In this document: in pieces, positions 28,466-37,726 of the stretch
Numbering within the stretch: position 1 is the stretch's first letter
Layout: the number at the start of each line of letters is the position of its first letter
From: Anaerolineae bacterium
GTDB taxonomy: Bacteria > Chloroflexota > Anaerolineae > UBA1429
Reading direction: 5' to 3'
Assembly (NCBI GenBank): GCA_963675785.1
Contig: OY776562.1
Coordinates: forward strand, 1,312,001 to 1,376,000
Length of the DNA: 64,000 nt
The notes under the pieces: model-generated
The model's input: only the letters and a program-made list of their open reading frames with translations
What the model was told of the DNA's origin: nothing
The model's database searches: none
Position numbers and translations under genes: made by a program

Positions 28466-29527
28466 ATGAAGACGTTTGAAAAGTACCTGGCCGTGTGGGT
28501 TGCCCTGTGTATGGGCCTGGGCATCCTGCTCTCGCAAACCGTACCCGGCCTTAGCGAGGCCATCGATTCCTGGCAGGTGCGTGGGATATCCGTCCCCATC
28601 GGCATCTGCCTCTTTTTGATGATGTATCCCGCCCTGCTCAACCTGCAGCTCAGCGAGCTGAAAAAGCTGCGCAGCAACCCCAAACCCATACTACTCTCGT
28701 TGATCTCTAACTGGATTGTGGCGCCGCTGGTGGCCGCTGGTCTGGCCTACCTGTTCCTCGATGACCAACAGCTCATCGTCGCCGTCATCCTGCTGGGTTC
28801 CAGCCCCTGCACGGCCATGGTGCTGGTGTGGGGCCGGCTGGCTGAGGGCAACCAGGAACAGAACGTGGTCAATACCAGCCTCAACACCCTGACCATCATG
28901 GTGCTCTATGTGCCCATCGTCTCGCTGCTCACTGGTATCCAGGGCATCCCCATCGATCGCATGATGCTGCTCATCTCGGCTGGCGTATTTATCGGCCTGC
29001 CGCTCATTGCCGGTATCCTCTCCAAGCGCATCATCTTGCGCACCCGCGGCCAAGAATGGTTCGAGAACACCTATCACCCCATCGTTGAAAAGGTATCCAT
29101 CGCCGCCCTGTTGACTACTTTGGTGGTGCTGTTCTCTCTCAACGGTCAAACCCTCATCGAGAACCCGGATGCCTTGCTCAAGGTCTCAGTGCCCCTGTTG
29201 CTGGGCTTTGTCATTGTGGTTGGCTACAATCTCATCATCACGCGGCTGGCCGGCTTGCATTATAAAGAGGCCATCACCACCGTGCTCATTGGTTCTTCCA
29301 GCCACTTTGAGATCGCCATTGCCACTGCCGTGGCCCTTTACGGCGTAGGATCTTATGCCGCCCTAGGCACCACCATGGGCCTCTTTTGGGAAGTGCCCAT
29401 CATGTTAGGGCTGGTCTCGCTGGGCAAAGCCCTAGGCCGCCGAGGCTATTGGGCCGCAGAACCGCAGCCACAACCCGTCATTACGCCAACGCAATCTTCT
29501 AGCAATTTGGAGAACGAACATGTCTGA
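28466..29527 (+). CDS. acr3: Acr3-family arsenite efflux transporter
   Basis: FEKYLAVWV, LMMYP, NW...P, PCTAMVLVW, SSHFEIAIATA, EVPIML. Confidence 0.92.
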   Translation: MKTFEKYLAVWVALCMGLGILLSQTVPGLSEAIDSWQVRGISVPIGICLFLMMYPALLNLQLSELKKLRSNPKPILLSLISNWIVAPLVAAGLAYLFLDDQQLIVAVILLGSSPCTAMVLVWGRLAEGNQEQNVVNTSLNTLTIMVLYVPIVSLLTGIQGIPIDRMMLLISAGVFIGLPLIAGILSKRIILRTRGQEWFENTYHPIVEKVSIAALLTTLVVLFSLNGQTLIENPDALLKVSVPLLLGFVIVVGYNLIITRLAGLHYKEAITTVLIGSSSHFEIAIATAVALYGVGSYAALGTTMGLFWEVPIMLGLVSLGKALGRRGYWAAEPQPQPVITPTQSSSNLENEHV

Positions 29528-29969
29528 TAAAACCAACGTACTCTTTCTTTGCACCGGTAATTCAGCCCGCAGCCAGATGGCCGAAGCCCTGCTGCGCCAC
29601 CTCGCCGGCGATCGTTACGAGGTCCGTAGTGCTGGCCTGGAACCCAAGGGCATCAATCCCTACGCCCGCGCCGTACTGGAAGAAAAAGGCCTCGATATCT
29701 CCGGCCAACGCTCCAAGCACCTCAGCGAATACATGGATCAAAACCTGGGCGGCTATCTCATCACCGTCTGCGGCAACGCCGACGAGCGCTGCCCTTACTA
29801 CCCCGGCCAGGGCACTCGCCTGCATTGGCCTTTCGATGATCCCGCCGCTTTCGAGGGCAGCGAAGAGGAAACCCTGGCCGTGTTCCGCGCTACCCGCGAC
29901 GCCCTTGAGGCCCGCATTCTCGCCTGGCTGGCAGAGCAAAAAGCTAGCAATAGTAGCGCGGCGGGTTGA
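29520..29969 (+). CDS. arsC: Thioredoxin-coupled arsenate reductase (LMW-PTP fold)
   Basis: LFLCTGNSARSQMAE, ITVC..A.E.CP, HWPFDDP. Confidence 0.92.
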   Translation: MSDKTNVLFLCTGNSARSQMAEALLRHLAGDRYEVRSAGLEPKGINPYARAVLEEKGLDISGQRSKHLSEYMDQNLGGYLITVCGNADERCPYYPGQGTRLHWPFDDPAAFEGSEEETLAVFRATRDALEARILAWLAEQKASNSSAAG

Positions 29970-30069
29970 AACCCGTCGCTGAGGCACAAGTAAAAGCAGT
30001 GCAGGCTTAAACCTGCACTGCTTTTCGAACTCGCTCTGCCTCTCAGCGTGGGGTTTTCAACCCCACGCT
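29953..30069. repeat. REP/REPIN-like composite hairpin element, copy 1
   Basis: GTAG foot + GCGGCGGG-ttgaaa-CCCGTCGC; AAAAGCAGTGCAGG..CCTGCACTGCTTTT; AGCGTGGGGTT..AACCCCACGCT. Confidence 0.85.
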
Positions 30070-30099
30070 TCTATAGAAAACCCAATTCCTCAATAGCAC

Positions 30100-30501
30100 T
30101 CACCCAATCTCATAGATAGGCTTAGCCTCTCGGCGCGCATGGATTACCCGCTGATTTCGCACGTACTGAACAACCCGTTCCAAACAAGAATCGCATACAG
30201 TCTTGATGCCATATGATCGTTGCCAACGAAATATCCCATCAAGGCCACATTGCGTGTTTATATACCGTGAACTGTTGCCCTTGATGTTTTTGATAAGCGT
30301 AGGGATGTAAACACGTGGAAGTATGGAAACGACGAGATGAACATGGTCATCACAGCCCCCTAAAGCGTGAGGAATCGTCTGAGCAGCCTCAATCTGTTCA
30401 CGCATAATGGCAAATACATCCCTCGCGATGCCCGACACAAGAACCGGTTCGCGATGTTGAACCGTCCAAACAATATGGTAATGCGTGCGCCATTGCCCCA
30501 T
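30100..30501 (-). mobile_element. tnpA: IS200/IS605-family Y1 (HUH) transposase, REP-associated type
   Basis: HYHIVW, DHVH (HUH), KGNSS, F.WQRSY, YVRNQ..H catalytic Tyr; no tnpB; flanked by REP elements. Confidence 0.88.
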
Positions 30502-30572
30502 ATCTATTCCTTATTACTTTTATTCTACGTACTGTATGTTTCATAATAACTATTGCCACTTACTCAGACAAG

Positions 30573-30684
30573 GCGCGGCGGGTTGAAACCCGTCGCTGAG
30601 GCACAAGTAAAAGCAGTGCAGGTTTAAACCTGCACTGCTTTTCGAACTAGATCCAAGCTCAACGTGGGGTTTCAACCTCACGCT
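30573..30684. repeat. REP/REPIN-like composite hairpin element, copy 2
   Basis: 30573-30648 matches 29956-30031 with a single mismatch, same orientation. Confidence 0.85.
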
Positions 30685-30688
30685 CAAT

Positions 30689-31069
30689 CTACATCATCGG
30701 TACAGCGCGCTTGCAGAGCTGAATGGCCAGCCCCCAGGGATCGCGCATCATCCACAACTCATCGCCCGCTAGCGTGCTTCCCTTGGGCTCAAACTCTGTA
30801 GCGCCAGCAGCAATCAGCCGATCATGGTCAGCATCCACGTCTTCCGATTTGAAGGCCAAATGCAGCAGCAATGGGCTCATCGCCGCGTAATCGGGCGTGG
30901 TCACGGTGTTATTAGCATACACCTCGAGCATGGTGTTGCCTGCCGAGATGAAATGAGCATCCGCTTCATTGTTTAACTTGCGAATCAGCGTGAACCCGAG
31001 GTTCTTGCAATACCAGTCGCTAAAGGCCACCGGGTCATCTACCTGAATGCCGATATGTTCAATAATCAT
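30689..31069 (-). CDS. VOC/glyoxalase family protein
   Basis: IEHIGIQV, LEVY, LHLAF, RDPWG..IQL. Confidence 0.88.
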   Translation of the reverse strand: MIIEHIGIQVDDPVAFSDWYCKNLGFTLIRKLNNEADAHFISAGNTMLEVYANNTVTTPDYAAMSPLLLHLAFKSEDVDADHDRLIAAGATEFEPKGSTLAGDELWMMRDPWGLAIQLCKRAVPMM

Positions 31070-31117
31070 GCCACCCTCCAAAGAATGCTGTACGTTCTAT
31101 GCCCCAAACGCCCTCAA

Positions 31118-32233
31118 TCAGGCGTCCTTACGGGCCTTGTCCGGATCTCCTACTTGCTGCCAGATATGCACCAGGCCATGTAAATCGCGTCCCCGCGCTA
31201 CCGCTTCACGCCCGGCATCCTCACGCAAACCCACAATGGCAATACCCTTGTCTACCGTGGCCGCGAAAATCGCTTCCATGTCATTGTATTCGGGCTGCGA
31301 GAGATTGATCGCATACAAACCCGGCATATCGCTCATGAGCGGCACAAAGTGGCTGCCCCTGCCGCAAAAATGGATCGCCCCGCCGCCAAAGGCATCCAGC
31401 AAGCGCTGGTCGTAGGGCTTGATGAAGTTATCAAACATACGCGGTGAGAGGTTCATAGCCGAATCATCGCGCAGCATGATGTTGCCCGGGAGCATCAGTC
31501 CCCAGTGGGCGTTGGCATCTTTTTCAAAAGGCACAAGGGCTATCCAACGCTTCATGAAAGCGATATAGGTCTCGGTCGCCAGCTCTAGAAACTCGCGCAC
31601 CATGCCAGGATTATCAACCAGGGCCGTAAACATCTCGCTACCCCACACCACCTCACAAATGTCCATGGGGCCTTGCAGATCGGGGTGATAAATGTGCACA
31701 TAGCGCCCGATCTTGGGGTAGCGCTCGGCAATGTCCCGATAAAAAGCGCCCATCTCGAATACCTGCTGACCATAACCGCACTCCAGATCAGGGATGCCGG
31801 CATCGATGGCGGCCCTCACCCAGGCTTCATCATGAAAAGGTACGGCCGTAGGCAGTGTATCCAGCTTTTCATCCATGATGAAAAGCTCGGTACCAAACAA
31901 GAGGGGCATAATGCCCGTCCCGTAATTGCAGCGCACATTGAGTACTGCCCCACTGCCCTTTGCCAATGCCTGTGAGGCTGCCCCAAATTGCTGCAGCGCC
32001 ATGTTCTCATAGCTCTCCAAACCAGCATTGATGCCTACTTGGGGCCACACAAAAGCAGGAGGATTGGATATCGTGCGCGAAGGAGAGAAAAGGTCGCCCA
32101 CAAACTCGCGACCGCAAAAGGCACGCCATTCAGCCTCAATACGTTCTTCTTCACGAGGATTCAGGCGATCTTCGAGGTCTTGCAGGCATCGCTCTAATAG
32201 ATCGCGCGTTTCGGCGCCTTTATTGCTAGTCAC
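31118..32233 (-). CDS. Uroporphyrinogen decarboxylase-like (methyltransferase fold) protein
   Basis: PDLQGPMD, RDDSAMNLSP.MF..F..PY, IHFCG. Confidence 0.75.
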   Translation of the reverse strand: MTSNKGAETRDLLERCLQDLEDRLNPREEERIEAEWRAFCGREFVGDLFSPSRTISNPPAFVWPQVGINAGLESYENMALQQFGAASQALAKGSGAVLNVRCNYGTGIMPLLFGTELFIMDEKLDTLPTAVPFHDEAWVRAAIDAGIPDLECGYGQQVFEMGAFYRDIAERYPKIGRYVHIYHPDLQGPMDICEVVWGSEMFTALVDNPGMVREFLELATETYIAFMKRWIALVPFEKDANAHWGLMLPGNIMLRDDSAMNLSPRMFDNFIKPYDQRLLDAFGGGAIHFCGRGSHFVPLMSDMPGLYAINLSQPEYNDMEAIFAATVDKGIAIVGLREDAGREAVARGRDLHGLVHIWQQVGDPDKARKDA

Positions 32234-32236
32234 AGA

Positions 32237-33295
32237 TCAAGCGTCCTCGTCTTCAGTCTGCCCTTTGATGCCACTGCCTGGGCTATCGACAGGGAAAGGG
32301 TCGCATGGTGAAGCGGGCAAATCGCCAAAGACCACATCCTCGTCCACCTCGTCCTCAGTGCCGTTTTCGTCCGCAGCCTTTTTGGCGTTGCGCCCCTCAA
32401 ACTGCTTGTAATCCTCATATTCGCCCAGGGTCATGGGTTCCAGTGAACCGTCTGCGGGCACGAGCATAGCCGCCGCATAGTATTGCAGCAAATAAGCCTC
32501 GCCATCCACCTCAAAAGGAATCTCGTCGCTCAGTGGCCCCACCATGCCCCGTTCACCAGCAGCCTGGGTCAACGAGCCGTTGGGATCAGGTCGCACCAAT
32601 AGATGCTGCACCTGCTCGGTGATTGTCCGGCGCACCGCGCTGAGTTTTTCTTTTCGCTCCTCCCGGTACTCTGCCACCCATGCAGTCACCTGAGGGATGA
32701 TCCAGGCTTTTTGTACCGTCAAACCCGGACAAGTTTTTGTTGAAAAATCACGATGAAAGCCCAGGTCCGTTACGGATAGGCCAAAACGTTCGCTCAAAAT
32801 ACCCAGAGCGATGATGCTGTTCTCGAGAATAGCCCCAGAAGGCAGTGCATTATCGTAATTTCCCACCATCTCGACGTGGCGTGTACGATAATTGTGTCCG
32901 TAAACCCCCACGCCGTCATAGCGCAAATCACTAAAGAGCCAAATGCCATCAGGCGCCACAAAGATATGTGGCCCCACAGTCCACCCCTCATACCACTGGT
33001 CATCGGTATCCTGCCAGAGCTGTCGCTCATAATAGGCCTTCATTGCCAGGATGGTATCCATGCCCTTCCAACTGTCCACAGTTGGCTTCCATGTATGATG
33101 CAAAAACACTTGAGTGGGCCGCGGTTCTGGCACGTCCATGGCCTCAACATATTCGATGAACTCATCGGCTGTCAGGCATTTGCCCACGATCTCCATCGCA
33201 GGTGACTTGATGACATCATGCGCCCCAACGCGAGAGTTCTCTCCCCGCGCATTGACTCCCTCACGGTGCAATCCGCGCCACAACGATTGCCACAT
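32237..33295 (-). CDS. N-acetylmuramoyl-L-alanine amidase (Amidase_2/PGRP-like)
   Basis: VFLHHTW.P, GPHIFV, EMVGNYD, FHRDF..KTCPG Zn ligands; start uncertain. Confidence 0.8.
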   Translation of the reverse strand: MWQSLWRGLHREGVNARGENSRVGAHDVIKSPAMEIVGKCLTADEFIEYVEAMDVPEPRPTQVFLHHTWKPTVDSWKGMDTILAMKAYYERQLWQDTDDQWYEGWTVGPHIFVAPDGIWLFSDLRYDGVGVYGHNYRTRHVEMVGNYDNALPSGAILENSIIALGILSERFGLSVTDLGFHRDFSTKTCPGLTVQKAWIIPQVTAWVAEYREERKEKLSAVRRTITEQVQHLLVRPDPNGSLTQAAGERGMVGPLSDEIPFEVDGEAYLLQYYAAAMLVPADGSLEPMTLGEYEDYKQFEGRNAKKAADENGTEDEVDEDVVFGDLPASPCDPFPVDSPGSGIKGQTEDEDA

Positions 33296-34563
33296 TATGC
33301 GTCCCCCTGCACTAGATCCCAGCGGTAATTCCGCGCCATCGCGTGCTTTAAATCCGTCACAACCTGGTTCTTACCATCAATACTCCAAATATCCTTTTGC
33401 TTCCACCGGTAAAGCACCATGCAGCGTATCTTTTGATGGTCAGCGGAGGCGTTCCACTCAGCGATCTCCTGATAAGACCGCTGCACCCAGGCTCGATTCG
33501 CATCTTCCCAGGGCACATTCTGGTCTGTCTCAGTAAGATAAGCTGGTAAATGCCGCATGGTCTCTGGCACCGCCTCCATAAAGTCCATATAGCTGCGGAA
33601 CAAAGCCCGGCGATTCTCAAACGGCGGGCGCATGCATTCCTCACTGGTGATATCATCCGGATTGGCGCTACGACCGTATGTATGCAACGAAATACCGTCA
33701 GCGATGCCCTGTAGTTCTGTCAGCACATCGGCAAAATACTGCACCCAATCGCCACGAGGATTGCTGGCATAGGTGGTTTGTGTATTCCATGGGCCTATAG
33801 CCGCCGTTACCACCTGGTCATTCTCATGGCCTGGTTGAGCATGAATACGTTCGGCACACTGGCGAAAGCAATCGGCATACATTTGAGGGGTGATGATCTC
33901 GCCATTCAAGGGACCACCCGGACGCTCAATGGCCAGATTTGGCTCGTTACCGATGACCCAGATATGGCAACCGCTAGAACCTGCCACATAGCGGGAGCAG
34001 CGAACAGCAAAATCCGCATAGCGACTTGAATGGGGAATGCTGCCACCTGGCGTATAGCCATTGTTGATCCGCACAATCACACCAAAACCGCGCGCAGTGA
34101 GATCATCATAAGCTTCGCTGGAAGCGTCGTCCGTTTCACAGCCAATGTCATCACTGACCAGTACCCAGCCAGGTCTTCCAGCCTGTTCCATCAACTGTTC
34201 GCCACCGCGGTCGTGCAAACCATAGAGATAGGGCGATTCGCCTTCAGCGAGAGGTTCCGGCTCAGGTGGCTCAGGTATGAGAATGATCTGGCCAATTTCA
34301 AGGGCTGTGGGGTCTGTAATACCATTAAAGGCAGCCAACACGGAAAATTTGGCGCCGTCACCATAATATCGGCGGGCAATCGCCCAGAGGGTCTCGCCAG
34401 CAGCGATACGGTGAGCGCCAACTCGCTTGCCCCACTCCCCAACCCAATCGGCGCAATAGACGCCTAGCAGCTCACTCAGGTCCACGCCCTGATCAGCCGC
34501 ACGCGCCAAAACACGTCGAACCAATGCTTGCTCAAGGGAAAAGGATAGCGTCTCTCGGGCCAT
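33295..34563 (-). CDS. LysM + clan GH-A glycoside hydrolase domain protein
   Basis: GETLWAIARRYYG...N.I.DP..L.IGQ.I.IP (LysM); IGNEPN and YLTETD catalytic Glu motifs. Confidence 0.8.
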   Translation of the reverse strand: MARETLSFSLEQALVRRVLARAADQGVDLSELLGVYCADWVGEWGKRVGAHRIAAGETLWAIARRYYGDGAKFSVLAAFNGITDPTALEIGQIILIPEPPEPEPLAEGESPYLYGLHDRGGEQLMEQAGRPGWVLVSDDIGCETDDASSEAYDDLTARGFGVIVRINNGYTPGGSIPHSSRYADFAVRCSRYVAGSSGCHIWVIGNEPNLAIERPGGPLNGEIITPQMYADCFRQCAERIHAQPGHENDQVVTAAIGPWNTQTTYASNPRGDWVQYFADVLTELQGIADGISLHTYGRSANPDDITSEECMRPPFENRRALFRSYMDFMEAVPETMRHLPAYLTETDQNVPWEDANRAWVQRSYQEIAEWNASADHQKIRCMVLYRWKQKDIWSIDGKNQVVTDLKHAMARNYRWDLVQGDA

Positions 34564-34598
34564 GCCTTCTCATTTCTGTGTAGAACGCGATAATGAAC

Positions 34599-36494
34599 TC
34601 ATCCACCGCGCAAAACGCGGGTATCTCCCAAACGCCGGGTAACTCGACGCTGATCCAGTGCTTCGAGCAAGGCCAATGTATAGCGTCTGCTCGTGCCCAG
34701 CAGGTCCCGTATTTCAGCCACAGTTGCCTGCCCATGTTCTTTCAAAAAAGCCACTACACGCTCTTGCATTTCTGTAAAAACGCCTGCCTCATACGCCAAA
34801 TCCGGGCTCACCCGCACCAACCGGCCCGATTCGATCAAATACCCCAATAACTCGGATCCAATCTCGGCCTCAACTTCACCTAGCGCAGGTGGTGTATACC
34901 CTGCATTCCGGATGCGTTCATAGACCCCATCAACAGCCTGTTGTTGAGTTACAGTCAGCACAACCTTGTGTTCGGCCAAAGAGGCTATGCCGCCAATCAA
35001 TTGCAGCGTACCGCGCGCCTGGGCTTCGCGACTCCAGGCATCAAAAGCCTCATCTGATAGCCGCAAGCGGCTGCGCAATTCTTCACGCGACATGCCAACT
35101 CTCAACGGGTGCTCCACGTAAAAGTCCTCTAGCAACTCTAGCGCCTGCTGACAGGTCGTCTCCCAAGCTTCCCGCCCGAATACAATACTGTCGTCGCGAA
35201 GGGCATCGAGCGAGCCGCTGGCCAATACCAGACTGCCCCGCTGCACAAGTTGCCCCAACGCAGTCAGTGCCTCAGTAGCTGCCAAACCGCTGGCATTGCG
35301 CAATTCCTGCCAGCTCTGCGGTCGATTGCCTGGCAAAGCCGCCATAATCTCCAGCGGGGATCCCCCCGAAAAGGCCTTGAGCCGCTCAATGACACGCAGA
35401 TCATTTCGCTTATAACGTCGTCCAGGACGCGTATTCAGCACCACGCCGCCGCCCAGTGTATCCGCAGGAGAAGGCCGGCGCAAGACAAAGCGATCGCCGC
35501 GTTTACATGCCAGTGCCTCGCTCAATCTCAATTGGCCCCAGCCACTCTCTCCCGGCAACAGATCCTCAGCATCCAGCAGTCTCACCCGCGCCAACACACG
35601 AGATGAGCCGGTATAGAACTCGAGTTCATCGTCATGGTCAATACCAATAGGCGCGTCATTGACCACGCGCAGCGACACATCCAGCAGCAAGGTGCCGCTA
35701 ATAACGCCAGGAGCCGCGATCACCTGGCCTCGCTGCACAGCATCCTTGTCTATGCCCGCCAGATTTATAGCCAGACGACTTCCCGGCCCAGCCTTTTCCA
35801 ACGTCTCGCGATGAGATTGCAAACCACGGATGCGAGCCCGTCCTTCGCCCGGGCGAATCTCGACATCTTGCCCTACCTCAAACCACCCGTCTGAAAGTGT
35901 CCCTGTTACCACCGTGCCAAACCCAGACATGGTAAAGACACGATCCACAGGTAAACGAGGCAACCCCAGGTCAGGGCGTTCAGGGGCATCGGCCAGCAAC
36001 CGATCCAATTCGGCCAGCAACTCATCCAGGCCCTGGCCGCTTGTTGCTGAACAGGGAATAATATGTGAACCTTCCAGGCTGGTGCCCATCAACAAGGTTT
36101 CAATCTCATCCACGACCAGTGAGAGCCACTCCTCATCTTTGACGAGATCAACCTTGGTCAGGGCAACCACGCCCCGTTCAATCCCCAGCAAGTCAATAAT
36201 TGCCAGGTGTTCGCGAGTCTGGGGCATCACGGCTTCATCAGCAGCCACCACAAACAGAGCCGCATCAATACCACCAATGCCTGCCAGCATGTTTTTGACG
36301 AAATCCTCATGGCCGGGCACATCGACAACGCTTACATCCAAACCACTTGGCAGAGTCAACCAGGCAAACCCCAGATCAATGGTCATCTGGCGCTGCTGCT
36401 CTTCTTCCAACCGATCCGGATTGATCCCTGTCAACGCCTTGACCAGGGTAGACTTGCCGTGATCTACATGGCCAGCCGTTCCGATAACGTACAA
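34599..36494 (-). CDS. selB: Selenocysteine-specific translation elongation factor
   Basis: GTAGHVDHGKS, EE..R.MTIDLGF, DVPGHE.F..NMLAG, TK.D; C-terminal winged helices with SRRY...LE.LD. Confidence 0.96.
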   Translation of the reverse strand: MYVIGTAGHVDHGKSTLVKALTGINPDRLEEEQQRQMTIDLGFAWLTLPSGLDVSVVDVPGHEDFVKNMLAGIGGIDAALFVVAADEAVMPQTREHLAIIDLLGIERGVVALTKVDLVKDEEWLSLVVDEIETLLMGTSLEGSHIIPCSATSGQGLDELLAELDRLLADAPERPDLGLPRLPVDRVFTMSGFGTVVTGTLSDGWFEVGQDVEIRPGEGRARIRGLQSHRETLEKAGPGSRLAINLAGIDKDAVQRGQVIAAPGVISGTLLLDVSLRVVNDAPIGIDHDDELEFYTGSSRVLARVRLLDAEDLLPGESGWGQLRLSEALACKRGDRFVLRRPSPADTLGGGVVLNTRPGRRYKRNDLRVIERLKAFSGGSPLEIMAALPGNRPQSWQELRNASGLAATEALTALGQLVQRGSLVLASGSLDALRDDSIVFGREAWETTCQQALELLEDFYVEHPLRVGMSREELRSRLRLSDEAFDAWSREAQARGTLQLIGGIASLAEHKVVLTVTQQQAVDGVYERIRNAGYTPPALGEVEAEIGSELLGYLIESGRLVRVSPDLAYEAGVFTEMQERVVAFLKEHGQATVAEIRDLLGTSRRYTLALLEALDQRRVTRRLGDTRVLRGG

Positions 36495-36496
36495 TC

Positions 36497-37726
36497 CTAG
36501 CTCCCTGGCTTGAGTCTGGGTTCAAGGTCTGTCAGTGTCTGCCGTACAGCGGCAACTCGCAACTTGAGCAAATCGAGCATCACGCTCTCGAGTTCCTGCA
36601 CACGAGACATGGCCTCACTATGCAGTGCCGCTACCTGTACTGCTAATTGATCAACCGTACCCACATCCTGCTTGCGCCAGGCTTCGAGGTTATCCAGGCG
36701 TCCATCATGTTGATCCAACACTTTGTTCAGACCAGTCTCCACCGTCTTGAAGCGATCGCTTTCTTGTGCCAGGCGGCGCTCCAACTGGGCGCGGGCTTCG
36801 TCAAGTTGGCGACGCTGCTGATCCGAATCAATCTGCTGTACCTGCCGCACCTGATCCACCTGCTGGCTCACGCCGTGAATGAGTTCCTGGCTTTCCTGCA
36901 GTACACGGCGATTCTTTTCGTGTTGATCGCTGTAATAGCGCATCTGGTCGGCCCACACATCAACCTGGTGGCCAAAGCTCTCGATCTTGCGCCCCCACTC
37001 GGTAAGAGTCTGCGCCCGTGCACGTTCATTCAATCGCACCGTCTCAAACAAGTCGTCTCGCTCACGAGAAATTTCTGCGCGGATGCCATCATAGGCTTTC
37101 ATACGCTCCGCAAGGCGAGGCAATTCCGTCTCCAGCAAGAGCAAGCGCGCTGTCTGATTCTTGTCCGTCTCACCCGATGCTTGCGTTACTTCTTGAATCT
37201 GACCAATAGATTGAACAGTTCGACTAATGCCTTCTTGAAGCTGGCGTTGCTTTTCTTCGCCTGCAGCCACTTTTTTGCCAACATCAGTAAGCGTCTCTTG
37301 CATACGCAAAAGCTGTTCACTCAGCCTGTGTTCTTCGGCTGTTCTCATCGTCAGTGACTGTTCTACACTGTCGAAACGCTCGAGTTCATTTTGAATATCG
37401 CGGATGGCCTGCATATCGTGCTCTCGTTGGGCTTGCCGCGTCTTGGTTTGGTCGTTCAGTGTGCTCTGTAATCCGCGCTCAACTTCATTGACCCTGAGCA
37501 CCAGTTCATCGCGAGTATGCTGCATCGCATCTTCAACAGCTGGAACACGCGCCAGTTGGGCCTGCAACTTTGTCATGCGCTCTTCCATAGACGCGAGCCG
37601 TTGGTTCTGGTCAGCAAGCGCTACTGCTTGCTTGTCTAGTGTCTCACGCAGCTCGGTCACCAGAGAACGCGATTTGCGCAGCTCTTGGTCCAGGTAAGAT
37701 ACGCTAATATCTGGATTAGTGCTCAT
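36497..37726 (-). CDS. Long coiled-coil protein
   Basis: Heptad-rich E/Q/R/L sequence, translationally coupled in the operon. Confidence 0.75.
   Translation of the reverse strand: MSTNPDISVSYLDQELRKSRSLVTELRETLDKQAVALADQNQRLASMEERMTKLQAQLARVPAVEDAMQHTRDELVLRVNEVERGLQSTLNDQTKTRQAQREHDMQAIRDIQNELERFDSVEQSLTMRTAEEHRLSEQLLRMQETLTDVGKKVAAGEEKQRQLQEGISRTVQSIGQIQEVTQASGETDKNQTARLLLLETELPRLAERMKAYDGIRAEISRERDDLFETVRLNERARAQTLTEWGRKIESFGHQVDVWADQMRYYSDQHEKNRRVLQESQELIHGVSQQVDQVRQVQQIDSDQQRRQLDEARAQLERRLAQESDRFKTVETGLNKVLDQHDGRLDNLEAWRKQDVGTVDQLAVQVAALHSEAMSRVQELESVMLDLLKLRVAAVRQTLTDLEPRLKPGS

Noticed and set aside
24254-36494. Selenoprotein (in-frame UGA) genes near selB
   Set aside because: The candidate redox proteins (thioredoxin-like, permease, ArsC) have ordinary Cys codons and I saw no convincing UGA read-through; the check was not exhaustive.
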